Shown piece after piece: positions 1 to 9,414 of a stretch of DNA of 60,652 nucleotides. The translations under genes were made by a program, and so were the position numbers. Every line of letters begins with the position of its first letter. Position 1 is the stretch's first letter. A model generated the notes under the pieces. That model had not been told where the DNA came from, searched no databases, and was given only the letters and a program-made list of their open reading frames with translations. Source of the stretch: a virus (taxonomy: Duplodnaviria > Caudoviricetes); IMG/VR virus record IMGVR_UViG_3300038679_000011, positions 1 through 60,652 of that record. One strand, given 5' to 3'.

Positions 1-127
1 AGTATAGTTCTCGCCACTAGCAATCTCGACAACTGCATTGTGAACTGCGTTCAAATTCACTGCAACAGCGACGAGTTTCTCGTATCCGCTCGCGTGCTCG
101 CGTGAGCGCGCTTGCAACTGGATACCA
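1..127. repeat. Terminal direct repeat (copy 1), circular assembly overlap
   Basis: 1-127 is identical to 60526-60652; a reading frame runs continuously across the join. Confidence 0.95.
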
Positions 128-324
128 TAGTGCTCAACACGAATACCGTCCATTGTTTTAGGCTCAAGCGTCCCAGCTACATCGTACACAGCAGCTGCAT
201 CATCCGGCACGCTGCTACCGTCAGGCAACCCGGTTTCGTACAGCGGCCACGTGCCGCCCACAGACGGAGCCGTAAACAGAGCTTGACTAATCAAGTACTT
301 GGATATGACTTCAGACGGTGTCAT
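1..324 (-). CDS. Tail terminator/completion protein, 5' part (wraps across the origin)
   Basis: ATG at 324 after AAGGA gives MTPSEVISKYL...PDDAAAVYDVAG...HYGIQLQARSR, in frame with ORF 60409..60642; lies between the neck gene and the tail tube gene. Confidence 0.7.
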   Translation of the reverse strand, partial: MTPSEVISKYLISQALFTAPSVGGTWPLYETGLPDGSSVPDDAAAVYDVAGTLEPKTMDGIRVEHYGIQLQARSREHASGYEKLVAVAVNLNAVHNAVVEIASGENYT

Positions 325-332
325 TGTCGTCC

Positions 333-716
333 TTAAAACCGGAATCCAGCCGTTACGTTTTTAATAATACTGAGGATGCGATCACGATACTTACGAGCTG
401 GTCCTTCCAAAAATTTTGCTTGTTTGCCTTCTCGATGGTGCAACTCAGTTCTCTCGTGTACGTATACCGCGTACTCAGCATTATGGCCGTATGCTACAAC
501 GATGTCTGCTGTTCGGCCTTTGCCAGCTACTTTACGAGTAGTAGCACTGTTATGCAAATTACCGTATTCTACAGGACAAACTTTTTGACTTTCACGCTGG
601 AGGTACAAGCCGCCTGCTATAAGGCCCTTCTCAAAGTTACGTTCCAGAGCTTGATCAGTTCGTCGTAACTTCGTCAACAACGCTTCAACACCCGAGATGT
701 GTTTAACGTTTGCCAT
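333..716 (-). CDS. HK97 gp10-like neck/tail-completion protein
   Basis: CPVEYGNLHNSA, YAVYVHE and QAKFLE motifs; position in the head-tail joining module. Confidence 0.75.
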   Translation of the reverse strand: MANVKHISGVEALLTKLRRTDQALERNFEKGLIAGGLYLQRESQKVCPVEYGNLHNSATTRKVAGKGRTADIVVAYGHNAEYAVYVHERTELHHREGKQAKFLEGPARKYRDRILSIIKNVTAGFRF

Positions 717-1081
717 TATAAATACACAGTCCTTAAATAGCGTCTTGCTCGCAAATCCGGCAACTTGGAAAACTGCTTCACCTCTAAAGCTCCAGCGTTA
801 TTCCATGGCTGACTCATGTTAGTAACGTCACTCAATTGGCCTAACATCAACATTTCGCCAACTTGCACGTCACGATCTACATACACGACAGACTTACTCG
901 TTTGCTGCGTGCCGTCTGGACTGATGTACTCAACAGCGACATCTTCCCAGCGACATTTGATTTCCAACGGCGCTGCGTGCACAGGACGGCCGTACTGATC
1001 AATGTCAATCCCGCCGCTATTTGCGGACGCGAGTGGCCACCATACAGCCGTCTGCCTTAGCATCTTTGTAATAAGACTCAT
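716..1081 (-). CDS. Head closure/head-tail joining protein
   Basis: 121 aa, D.YG.P...EIKCRWE pattern, beta-rich; synteny. Confidence 0.6.
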   Translation of the reverse strand: MSLITKMLRQTAVWWPLASANSGGIDIDQYGRPVHAAPLEIKCRWEDVAVEYISPDGTQQTSKSVVYVDRDVQVGEMLMLGQLSDVTNMSQPWNNAGALEVKQFSKLPDLRARRYLRTVYL

Positions 1082-1458
1082 GGTTTCATCCGACTTTTCG
1101 ACGCTTCGATAGCGCTAATTACTCTATCGAAACCTTGGTTAATATGCGTATTTAGTCGGTCGATTGCTTTACGAGTTTCTGAAATGTCCTCTTTTTGTAC
1201 TGCGAGTTCAGTTTGAATTAGCGTAAATCGACCGTCGCAGTCGCCTTTACGAACAAGTTCTACAACTGGAGTGTGCCGTCCATCGAGCATCTCATGTGAG
1301 TGAAATGATCTTTTCATTTCGTCCACCTGCTTGAACACCCATACGTATAACGCAATGACTGCGATGTAACTACCAATAATCAGCCCATAACACCCAATGA
1401 TAGTAGCCCACTCAAAGAACGTAGTTGCGCCATTAAGGCTATGCGATGCTTGGTCCAC
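1078..1458 (-). CDS. Membrane-anchored coiled-coil protein (possible lysis accessory)
   Basis: N-terminal hydrophobic helix followed by a coiled coil. Confidence 0.4.
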   Translation of the reverse strand: MDQASHSLNGATTFFEWATIIGCYGLIIGSYIAVIALYVWVFKQVDEMKRSFHSHEMLDGRHTPVVELVRKGDCDGRFTLIQTELAVQKEDISETRKAIDRLNTHINQGFDRVISAIEASKSRMKP

Positions 1459-1473
1459 TGTTTACGCTCCCAG

Positions 1474-1929
1474 TTAGAAGTTTGATTCTAGTTCTTCTTT
1501 TGAGGTACCAACCCACCGCACAGATGCCTTTGTCGGCTTGCCTTTTTTGGACTGCTCATCAAGACGCGCTAAGCCACCAAGGTAATCAAGTCGCAGTGCC
1601 ATTTGTCCGTAATGACTATTATTAAAACCGAGGTCGACCGCGCTCTGGTTCTTTGCACTCACGGTGCCGGCCTTCTCGTTCTCAAATCGCGGATCCCGCG
1701 TCGCGTACGCGTGCGCGGCAAGCCAACGCTCGATGAGTTCGAGATGGGTGTCTGTGTATCCAACGCCGTTAGCATCCACAGCAGAAGCGCAGCACTGCGT
1801 CACAAGCGCACTGCTCACTTCGATAAACGGCTCGAGGTCGATGCCGGAATCAACCTCGATAATTCGCTCTACGTTGTCGACCGTCGTTCTGTACTCCACG
1901 CTGCTACTCCTTATCTCGCCTTGCAGCAT
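1474..1929 (-). CDS. Head-tail adaptor (DUF4054-like)
   Basis: LELIERWLAAH and SHYGQMALRLD motifs; synteny. Confidence 0.7.
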   Translation of the reverse strand: MLQGEIRSSSVEYRTTVDNVERIIEVDSGIDLEPFIEVSSALVTQCCASAVDANGVGYTDTHLELIERWLAAHAYATRDPRFENEKAGTVSAKNQSAVDLGFNNSHYGQMALRLDYLGGLARLDEQSKKGKPTKASVRWVGTSKEELESNF

Positions 1930-2095
1930 CCCAGTCAGCCACTGCTACATTTACTGCTTTGCGAGCTGCTTCAATTTCTTTGAGCGTGATTTCTTTTCCG
2001 GCCTTGACGCGGCGAGCGATGTCTGCGATCTCTTTCGCGACGCCTATGCCCTCAGCCACGAGTTCAATCACTAGTAGTACTGATCCTGTGTTCAT
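1904..2095 (-). CDS. Small amphipathic hypothetical protein
   Basis: 63 aa ORF overlapping both neighbours. Confidence 0.5.
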   Translation of the reverse strand: MNTGSVLLVIELVAEGIGVAKEIADIARRVKAGKEITLKEIEAARKAVNVAVADWDAARRDKE

Positions 2096-2612
2096 CTGGC
2101 GTCTCCAAATACTTCACCTTGAATCCAGTCAATTTCATCAGCACGTACTTAAACGCTTGTTCTGCAACATTCGAATTTGCACCACTAGCAACATCAGCTT
2201 CCCATTGAAGCAAGAACGAGTTACCTTCGTGTATAAGTACATCGATCTTTTTTGCGTCAGTCTCTGACACTTTGCCAGCTCGATATACTGTAGTCAACGA
2301 TTGCACTGTCGCTGTGTATAGCTTCTGACTTGCTAGCAAGTTAGCCTTAGGATTATCGGGCCAGGCACACCCTGACATAGTAACGGCCAATAGAACAAAT
2401 GACATTGGGACGATGTTTGACGTCGTTTTGGTCAGGCCTTGTTTAAGGTCAAGTCCGAATGTCTTTGATAATGCAAAAAGAAAACCGCTAACATGCTTCA
2501 AAGCTTCGTCATCTTTTGGAGTTGGCGTTAATACAACGACAGTTCGGGCTATGGTATACAGCGCTCCAACTATTGCCATTATCTCAGTAGCATATTCAGC
2601 TAGCCATGCCAT
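2064..2612 (-). CDS. Holin-like membrane protein with internal lipobox-like segment
   Basis: N-terminal TM helix + TPTPKDD (motif of small phage holin-like proteins); later VLLAVTMSG-C. Confidence 0.45.
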   Translation of the reverse strand: MAWLAEYATEIMAIVGALYTIARTVVVLTPTPKDDEALKHVSGFLFALSKTFGLDLKQGLTKTTSNIVPMSFVLLAVTMSGCAWPDNPKANLLASQKLYTATVQSLTTVYRAGKVSETDAKKIDVLIHEGNSFLLQWEADVASGANSNVAEQAFKYVLMKLTGFKVKYLETPDEHRISTTSD

Positions 2613-3258
2613 CGCGTTTGCCTTTCCAAAAGTCTTTAGTTCCTACTGTCTCGATGCCGTGTACATCACGTAGTGCCGTGCGGTCGCTCACGTTTATAAG
2701 TTGCTGGCCGCTGAACTTTGTTTTTAGATCACGGAGCAACGGCGGCCATGCACTGAAAAACTTTGCGTACGATGCCGGCAACACTTGCTGTGGGTTTATG
2801 ACATCGTCATGCCAGTTACTTTTGCCGTTTTCACTTAGACTCATGTCAAATCCAAGTAGATACACAACTTTAGCTCCAAATATCAAAGCTAAGTTGATAG
2901 CTGACATGCCTGTATTTGTGTTCCATCCAAGTGCATTAGCGTGTAGTCCGTCGTGCTCACGTGGCATCGACATGAGCCACGGCACTCTTGTTAGACTTGA
3001 ATGACTACAATTCGTAAACACAATACCGCCAGCTTTAACGTACTGTTCAAGAGCTGTCTTATTGCATTCCCACCAACGAATGTCGCCGAAGATACAAACT
3101 TCACAACATTTTGGACCGTGCACATACGCTTTATTACAGCCGATTGTACGACGACCTTCGAGTAATGCCCAATCAAAATCACGAAGTGATGGACCTCCGC
3201 CTATGATATAGGCATCTTGACCAAACCAAATGGCTTTTGGTTTCCAATTTGGCATCAC
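2596..3258 (-). CDS. Maf/DUF115/CstII-fold glycosyltransferase-like protein
   Basis: AYIIGGGPSL...TIGCN...NTGMSAINLALIFGAKVVYLLGFDM signature. Confidence 0.65.
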   Translation of the reverse strand: MMPNWKPKAIWFGQDAYIIGGGPSLRDFDWALLEGRRTIGCNKAYVHGPKCCEVCIFGDIRWWECNKTALEQYVKAGGIVFTNCSHSSLTRVPWLMSMPREHDGLHANALGWNTNTGMSAINLALIFGAKVVYLLGFDMSLSENGKSNWHDDVINPQQVLPASYAKFFSAWPPLLRDLKTKFSGQQLINVSDRTALRDVHGIETVGTKDFWKGKRDGMAS

Positions 3259-3635
3259 TTCATCCCGTCGATAAAGGCCCGAACGTCTTCTTTTTTGGTC
3301 ATTGGCTTATCGTGTAACGGCCGCTTAAACGCGGTATCTACGACAGTGTACTTACGGCCATTTCGATACACCGCTAAACCAATCGGCTCTGCTGCCGAAA
3401 AGTCAGCTGTCACATCCATGCCGTAGCCTTCAAGCGAGGCGCTGCGTTCACTATGTGCAGCGCCTCGCTTGAGTTCGTCATCATCTATTTCGTCGGCTTC
3501 GACTTCAAGCTCGGGTACTCGCTCGAATTTGTTACGAAATAAGACAACCAAGTCAGACTCCGTATCAACTACATCGCCCGCTCTATAGACCTTGCCGTAT
3601 TGAACGTGCAGGCCTCTGATCAGACGAAATTTCAT
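3255..3635 (-). CDS. Hypothetical capsid-associated protein
   Basis: Follows the MCP gene; GGAG RBS; 126 aa. Confidence 0.5.
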   Translation of the reverse strand: MKFRLIRGLHVQYGKVYRAGDVVDTESDLVVLFRNKFERVPELEVEADEIDDDELKRGAAHSERSASLEGYGMDVTADFSAAEPIGLAVYRNGRKYTVVDTAFKRPLHDKPMTKKEDVRAFIDGMK

Positions 3636-3679
3636 AACGGTCTCCTAAAGAATAGATGTTGCACTAATGGGCCAAGTAC

Positions 3680-4735
3680 TTACGTCGCGGAACCGTGAAC
3701 GATGCCGCACTGGCTTTCCTGGTCGCTGCGGAACTGCGGCACAATGATTGCCATCGTCTTGAAGTTTTTCTGCAGACCACCGTGACTGTCCCACTGGACC
3801 GTGACGATGTCCATGCCGACGACAGCACGAACGACATCCGACGTCATCTGGCACAGTACCATGTCATAATTCGACATGAAATCCAGCGTCTCCATGCCTT
3901 CGATGCCGCTGATCTTCAGCACGCGGTCGCGGACCGTATTGTCGCCCTTCGATGCGCTGTAGTCACGGTCGAGATACGAATCCCACGCCGGCGAATTGAA
4001 CAGCATGAACGGACCGTAGTAATGGGCGTTGTACGCAAGTTGCCGCATCGCCAAAATCTGGGTGATGAACAAGGCGCCCGTCCAAGTACTGTCCGCAGGC
4101 GACGTCATTGCGTACGTCTGACGCGTCGCAAAATTCGTCATACCGTACAGCGTACCGCCGCCAAACGTGTAAGTGCTCAGCGCACCAGTGAAAAGCTTCT
4201 CCACCTTTTCGCTGACCTTACGACCAGCACGCTCACTCATCGTCGTGTCCAATGGGCTGCCGCCGTTCCGCGAAGCCATGATCTGTCGAGCGGAGAACGA
4301 CCAATCGTAGTGAGCGATCGGCAGCGGCAAATTGCTCAGTTCAAACGTCGGCCGATCATTGGCGCCCTGCCGCAGACCGTCCATGCTGAGCTCAGCATCG
4401 TTGACATCGCCCATCGTTTCGGTCTCAAGAACAGTCCGACCCATGCCGTTCGGAATGCCGTACTCAAGGCCGCGTCCACGAATGATCTTCACCAGCTTCA
4501 GACGCTCTTCGGCCGCTTTGATAGCCGACGCGTCGATTGCAGCCCAATCATCTTTTCGCAGCGTTGCCGTGGTGTTCATCAACGGCACATTCTTCAACAC
4601 GCCGCCTTGGTTGATAGTCATGTACGACCGGCCGTCCTTGCCAATCCACGGACGCAGCGCACCAACATCCATGTTCACTGCCATGAGCCGCTCGGCAACA
4701 TCGCCGGTAGCTGCCCCGTTCAAGATATAATCCAT
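3680..4735 (-). CDS. Major capsid protein (HK97 fold, Linocin/encapsulin-like phage family)
   Basis: 351 aa from ATG 4735 (GAAAGGG RBS); LPLPIAHYDWSFSARQI...PLDTT...GMTN motifs; follows protease and decoration genes. Confidence 0.85.
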   Translation of the reverse strand: MDYILNGAATGDVAERLMAVNMDVGALRPWIGKDGRSYMTINQGGVLKNVPLMNTTATLRKDDWAAIDASAIKAAEERLKLVKIIRGRGLEYGIPNGMGRTVLETETMGDVNDAELSMDGLRQGANDRPTFELSNLPLPIAHYDWSFSARQIMASRNGGSPLDTTMSERAGRKVSEKVEKLFTGALSTYTFGGGTLYGMTNFATRQTYAMTSPADSTWTGALFITQILAMRQLAYNAHYYGPFMLFNSPAWDSYLDRDYSASKGDNTVRDRVLKISGIEGMETLDFMSNYDMVLCQMTSDVVRAVVGMDIVTVQWDSHGGLQKNFKTMAIIVPQFRSDQESQCGIVHGSAT

Positions 4736-4819
4736 CGTGTGCCCTTTCAATTAAGTTCCAAACTGTGATTCGAGTACCTTGTTCTAAACTGCCGAAATAG
4801 CAAACAGTACTACTTGATA

Positions 4820-5254
4820 TTACACAATGCGCACGGGATGCAACGCGTTTGCGGAAAGCGTGCCGGGTGCAGCCTGAACGCAAAAGCCAACAACGCAACC
4901 GGGGATGCCCGATGCAGCGTCATCCAGCGGAATCAACGTGCCGTCGCCCGCACTGACGACCGGCGTGTTGAGCTTGTACGTGTTGCCTGATTTCAGCAGT
5001 GCATTGACCACGCTGCCCTTGCTGGGAAGCACGCATTGCACTTGGTTGCTGATCGTGTACGTGTCACTGACCGTCTTGCCCTGAAAGGCGTCTTCGAGTG
5101 CAAACAGTGCCTCGCAGTCCTTGCCAATCTCGTTGTTCGGAATGACACCCGTTGCCGTGCACTTGAGCAGCATGCCGGGCTTAATCGTCCCAACGTCAGC
5201 TTTGTACTCCTCAAAGAGGAAGTTACCTTTGTTTTCGATGCGTCTGTAAGCCAT
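4820..5254 (-). CDS. Head decoration/cement protein
   Basis: Small beta-rich protein (IKPGMLL...SAGDGTL) between protease and MCP. Confidence 0.6.
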   Translation of the reverse strand: MAYRRIENKGNFLFEEYKADVGTIKPGMLLKCTATGVIPNNEIGKDCEALFALEDAFQGKTVSDTYTISNQVQCVLPSKGSVVNALLKSGNTYKLNTPVVSAGDGTLIPLDDAASGIPGCVVGFCVQAAPGTLSANALHPVRIV

Positions 5255-5323
5255 GTTATTACCCTTCAAAAGATTGTGTTGCTGTTGTACTTACTACGCG
5301 AATAGCTGCGAATATCAGCTGTA

Positions 5324-6748
5324 CTACGACTTCTTGAAGTTGAGCACAGGCACCGCGAGTGGCTCTTCGTCGTTCTTCACCGCGGTCGGCGCACGTCCAG
5401 AGAAGTTCGGCATACGAGTGAAGCGAGTGTCATCGCTCTGCTCGTTCTCGACGCCGGCCAGCTCGACGAGAGCTCTCAGCTCAACGACGTCTTTCGACTC
5501 GAGGTACTCTTTCGACAGCGTGCAGCGCTTGTTGGCCACGAGCGACTTGATGAGGCTGTCGCGCTCAGTGTTGTAAGCACTGACGCCGTGCCGCAGGACG
5601 GGCCGCAGCTCTGCCGGAGCGTTGTTGATGAACTCATCAAGCGTCTGGGGCTTCGTCGTGTTCTCAACGGTCGTCGACTTGGTTGCGACTGCTTCGGTGA
5701 CCGGGCCTTTGGTCACGTTTTCGACGGCCTTCTTGTCCTTTTGCTCGTCTTCCGTCGGCAGCATCTTGTTGAGAACTTTCTCATCAAGGCCCATCAAAGC
5801 CTCACGGTCCTCTTCGGTCCACGGCGTCGACTCATTCGCAATGATCGCGTCGACAGTGGCCTTTACGTCCACTTTGGTGTTCGACATCTGGTGTCCTTTC
5901 ATTTTGTGTTCTTCATTCTTCACGGGCTCATATGTCGTCACTCGTATGACTTCCGTCGGCAGCCCGACTAACGACGGGACGTTGTCCTTCAACTGGTACT
6001 CCTGCTCATATAGCTTGCCTGCTTTTTCGTACACAAACTTATCGTCCCACACGGACTCGATCCATGCTTCTTTGCCTTTTTCTTCGATGAATCCGATGAG
6101 TGCTTTGCGAACATCGGAGTGACTCAGCTCGGTGTTCTCCGTACCGACGACCTCGCTCGCGTCTTGGTTGAGCCGGATGAAGCCGGCGCCGTCGTCAACC
6201 GAGCACGCTCCCTTAAGGTCAGGTAACACCGCGAGATGATCTGGCCTAAAGTTGCGAGCAATGCCGACGTATGCCTTATTGTTGAAGACGCCGTTCTTGA
6301 GCTCAACGTCTACAAACAGCCCCGTAGACAACTCTAGCATAAGTTGGTTCTTGATTGCTGTTGCTACACGTTCATCTACCGAGTCAAGCCGACTCGGGTA
6401 CAACCAAGCTTCTGCGTGCAACTTGCCGTCCTTGTACTTCGTATTCATGATCACGCCAATCTGGCGTACAGTAAGTTCTGCAGGTACACACGCGGACCCA
6501 AATTCCTTCGTACTTGATGGGTGATAGACAACTACTGGTTTATTATTCCACACGACCGGCAGTTTTCGCATCTCACTAGCAGGATAATAGATCGGGCCGC
6601 GAGACCCATTTAATACGCCTTCAACCATCATGACCATGGGCACGACGAGAAAGTCCTGGCCCGCCATCTTCTCGTTGCGCACAACGGGCTTTAGATTGTA
6701 CGTGATGACTTGAAACAGTTCAGTGTGCTCAGCCATAAGTACAGGCAT
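5324..6748 (-). CDS. Prohead protease/scaffold (DUF2213-like)
   Basis: EGVLNG, WNNKPVVVYHP, ELSTG and DHLAVLPD..GACS..DGAG motifs; charged C-terminal half. Confidence 0.8.
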   Translation of the reverse strand: MPVLMAEHTELFQVITYNLKPVVRNEKMAGQDFLVVPMVMMVEGVLNGSRGPIYYPASEMRKLPVVWNNKPVVVYHPSSTKEFGSACVPAELTVRQIGVIMNTKYKDGKLHAEAWLYPSRLDSVDERVATAIKNQLMLELSTGLFVDVELKNGVFNNKAYVGIARNFRPDHLAVLPDLKGACSVDDGAGFIRLNQDASEVVGTENTELSHSDVRKALIGFIEEKGKEAWIESVWDDKFVYEKAGKLYEQEYQLKDNVPSLVGLPTEVIRVTTYEPVKNEEHKMKGHQMSNTKVDVKATVDAIIANESTPWTEEDREALMGLDEKVLNKMLPTEDEQKDKKAVENVTKGPVTEAVATKSTTVENTTKPQTLDEFINNAPAELRPVLRHGVSAYNTERDSLIKSLVANKRCTLSKEYLESKDVVELRALVELAGVENEQSDDTRFTRMPNFSGRAPTAVKNDEEPLAVPVLNFKKS

Positions 6749-6856
6749 CGTTTTCTCCTTCGTCCTTTTCTGCGAGGCGCTCGCCGTCGCAGGTGCAACA
6801 GTTGCTCTTCTAGTTGGCCCAGCGTACTGAACACGCCGCGCCGCGTACTGCGATCG

Positions 6857-7132
6857 TCATACGACGACACCCTTCTGCTCCGCGGGCGGATCAACCCGCT
6901 CGTACTGCGTCACTGCGATCTCTTCACCGAGTAGCTCGATCGCGTCAGCCAGCGCAATGCCGTCGTGGCCTACTGTATCACGTGGGCCCTCGGCATAGCA
7001 CGACTCAACGCGGAACGGATCTCGGATGACCAGCGAGTCGTTGAGCACTTGCGACAGTACCTCGTCGCCGGACCACGTGAGCGTATCCGGATCGAAAGCT
7101 GCAGCGAGACCTTTGTAGTTAATTGCGATCAT
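6857..7132 (-). CDS. Small acidic protein coupled to MuF (candidate immunity protein)
   Basis: ATG 7132 overlaps the MuF stop (ATGA); 91 aa MIAINYKG... Confidence 0.5.
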   Translation of the reverse strand: MIAINYKGLAAAFDPDTLTWSGDEVLSQVLNDSLVIRDPFRVESCYAEGPRDTVGHDGIALADAIELLGEEIAVTQYERVDPPAEQKGVVV

Positions 7133-9414
7133 TTTTCTGGAATGCCCTTCAGCGCACTTACGACCATGTTGAACCACTCAGGGTCTGCCGTCGCAGCTTT
7201 GTACGGATTGGCCCAGATGTACTCGACGCCCACTGATGCGATTTCAGACGCATGCCCGTCGCTGTAGACCCGTCCCGCGTACTGGCTGTACCGGCTGAAC
7301 TGGTCTGCCTTGCCGTTGATTCCGCGAAATCTTGGCAGCTCACGAATGGCTTCGCTAGCGGTGCGTCGATTGAAGAACGCATTTTGCGCTTTCATGAATC
7401 GCGACATCTGGTACGACAAATGATGTCCGAGTTCATGAGCAAATATTTGCTGAGCACTATAGCCCGAACGATATATACTGATTTGACGGGTTGTAAACGC
7501 ATACTCCCCGCCTACGTTCTTGGGCCCGCTCTTGCTTATACGAACTGTCAAGTTGCGTATGCCGATTTCATCGCTCTTGCTAATGGCTTTCTTAGGCACC
7601 CAACTCATCACTTCGTTAAGCGTAGCCTTAAACTCCTTAATGTCGCCGCCCACGTGTGTCATAAAGTCAACTGCACTGTCAACCTCAGCAAGCAGCTTGC
7701 GTTGCTCTTTGAGAGCGACTTGCGTCGCGTTCTTGAGTGTCATGACTTCGTTGTGCAACTTAAAGTACTTGTTGTCTATAGCTATTACGTTGTTGTCATA
7801 AAATGCTTGAGCAGCCTTTGCGTCGCTGCTTGCGAGTAACTCGTGCCATGTTGACCGTGCATCCACGCGCTCTTGAGCGTATATCTTGAGCTGGTACTCG
7901 AGGTCCGCGATCTCCTTGGCGCCGGGCCGCTTCTCTACGGCATCGATGATCGCCTTCCGGTACTCCTCGGCAGACGCGTATCGCGTGGTGCCCGCGGACG
8001 TAGGCGCGGGCGTGGGCGCGATGCCCGTAGGCGCGGGCGTGGGCGCGATGCCCGTAGGCGCAGGCGGCTTGATCTTAGGTGGCTTAATCTTGGGCGGCTT
8101 GACGAGCTTCCCGCCCTTGGTCATCTTGATACCGGCGTCATTGAACAAGTTGACCAAGTAGTCACCCAGGTCGTTGATGTCCTTCTGCTTGACGCCCGCA
8201 ATCCTGAGTCGAGGATCGATGTAGTTGCGACCGACCCGCATGAGCGAAGGCTTCTCACGACCGGCCTGGACATCGTCGAGCAACTTGCGGATTGCTGCTG
8301 GCTTAAAGCGCCCAGTCTCAACTGCCTGCTTGACGACGGCCCACTTCGCGTCATCGACGCCGCCCGTGAGCCAGAATCTCGCTACGCTCCGGTCTCCGAA
8401 CGCCGCGTATAGGTCTTCGACGCTCTTTGCTGCGCCGGAGTCAATCGCACCGTAGAGCTCTTTCCGCAGGTCGCCCGGCACGCTAGCCAGCGGTTCACGA
8501 GCTTTCGCACCGCTCTTTGCCTTGCTCTTCTCGAAGGCCGGGATCCACGCACAGCGACAGTTAGGGTGCAGCGGAATGTAGCCACGAGCTTCTTCGACAG
8601 TAAACGTCTGGCCTTCCATGCCCAGGCAGTCCTCGCAGACGTCGTACCCGGCGGTCTGCCACTCGGCCATGACGCCAAGCTCGTCGACACCAAGTGCGTC
8701 GAATGCGTCGAGCTGGCCCTCGGCGTGCGCTCTGATCGTCTCAGTGCGAGCTATGACCTTTGCCCGTTTAGCCGTAAGGCCGTCGATCTGCTTGGTCATT
8801 TCACGTGCAGTTTTCAACGGGTGCCAGCCGTTCGCGAGGCCTTCTGCCATGGTCCGCGACAGCTGCTGACTCATGGTGTCGCTCACTCCGCGGAGCTCAC
8901 CGAACGCCCGCGTCGCCACGAGCTCCATCTTGCTCAGGAGCTGCGGACCGAAGAATGCGTCTCGCAGAAACGCCTCTGCGTTGCCGTCGTAGAAGTCCAT
9001 CGGCAAACCGAGCTTCGCCTTGTGCGCGTCGACGTACGCCCGAGCGGCGCCTTTGCGATACGCCGTCTCGATGTACTTCGCAGTCCACGGCTTTCCCGAC
9101 GTGCCGCCGACTGTCGTCATCAGGCCCTTGTCGATCTGTTCTTGGAGCCAGCTGCGGAAGTCCTCGACCTTCTTTGGGTTGCTGACGAATGCGTACGTAG
9201 ACTTAGGCGCAAGGTTTTTGACTGGCCACGTATGAAGTACCACACCTTGAGTTGTGCCTTTCATCATAAAGGCATCGTCCTTGCCGATAGTCTTAAGTAC
9301 TGCACGCTTGATCGCATCCATGCGGGCGGACATCTCACGCACGAACTGCCCACGCAGAGCAGTAGTCCGCGTTGGGTCATAGCGATCTACGTTATACGTA
9401 CAGCGCATCTTCAA
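7129..9414 (-). CDS. MuF/gp7 minor head protein with Pro-rich linker and C-terminal HExxH metallopeptidase-like domain
   Basis: RAKVIARTE, VCEDC and PLHPNCRC (MuF); PAPTGIAPT repeats; FAHELGHH...YAGRVY...SEIAS. Confidence 0.85.
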   Translation of the reverse strand: MKMRCTYNVDRYDPTRTTALRGQFVREMSARMDAIKRAVLKTIGKDDAFMMKGTTQGVVLHTWPVKNLAPKSTYAFVSNPKKVEDFRSWLQEQIDKGLMTTVGGTSGKPWTAKYIETAYRKGAARAYVDAHKAKLGLPMDFYDGNAEAFLRDAFFGPQLLSKMELVATRAFGELRGVSDTMSQQLSRTMAEGLANGWHPLKTAREMTKQIDGLTAKRAKVIARTETIRAHAEGQLDAFDALGVDELGVMAEWQTAGYDVCEDCLGMEGQTFTVEEARGYIPLHPNCRCAWIPAFEKSKAKSGAKAREPLASVPGDLRKELYGAIDSGAAKSVEDLYAAFGDRSVARFWLTGGVDDAKWAVVKQAVETGRFKPAAIRKLLDDVQAGREKPSLMRVGRNYIDPRLRIAGVKQKDINDLGDYLVNLFNDAGIKMTKGGKLVKPPKIKPPKIKPPAPTGIAPTPAPTGIAPTPAPTSAGTTRYASAEEYRKAIIDAVEKRPGAKEIADLEYQLKIYAQERVDARSTWHELLASSDAKAAQAFYDNNVIAIDNKYFKLHNEVMTLKNATQVALKEQRKLLAEVDSAVDFMTHVGGDIKEFKATLNEVMSWVPKKAISKSDEIGIRNLTVRISKSGPKNVGGEYAFTTRQISIYRSGYSAQQIFAHELGHHLSYQMSRFMKAQNAFFNRRTASEAIRELPRFRGINGKADQFSRYSQYAGRVYSDGHASEIASVGVEYIWANPYKAATADPEWFNMVVSALKGIPEK

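Noticed and set aside
1-127. 127-bp terminal repeat as a biological direct terminal repeat
   Set aside because: The length equals a common assembler k-mer and it falls inside a tail gene, so it is best read as circular assembly overlap
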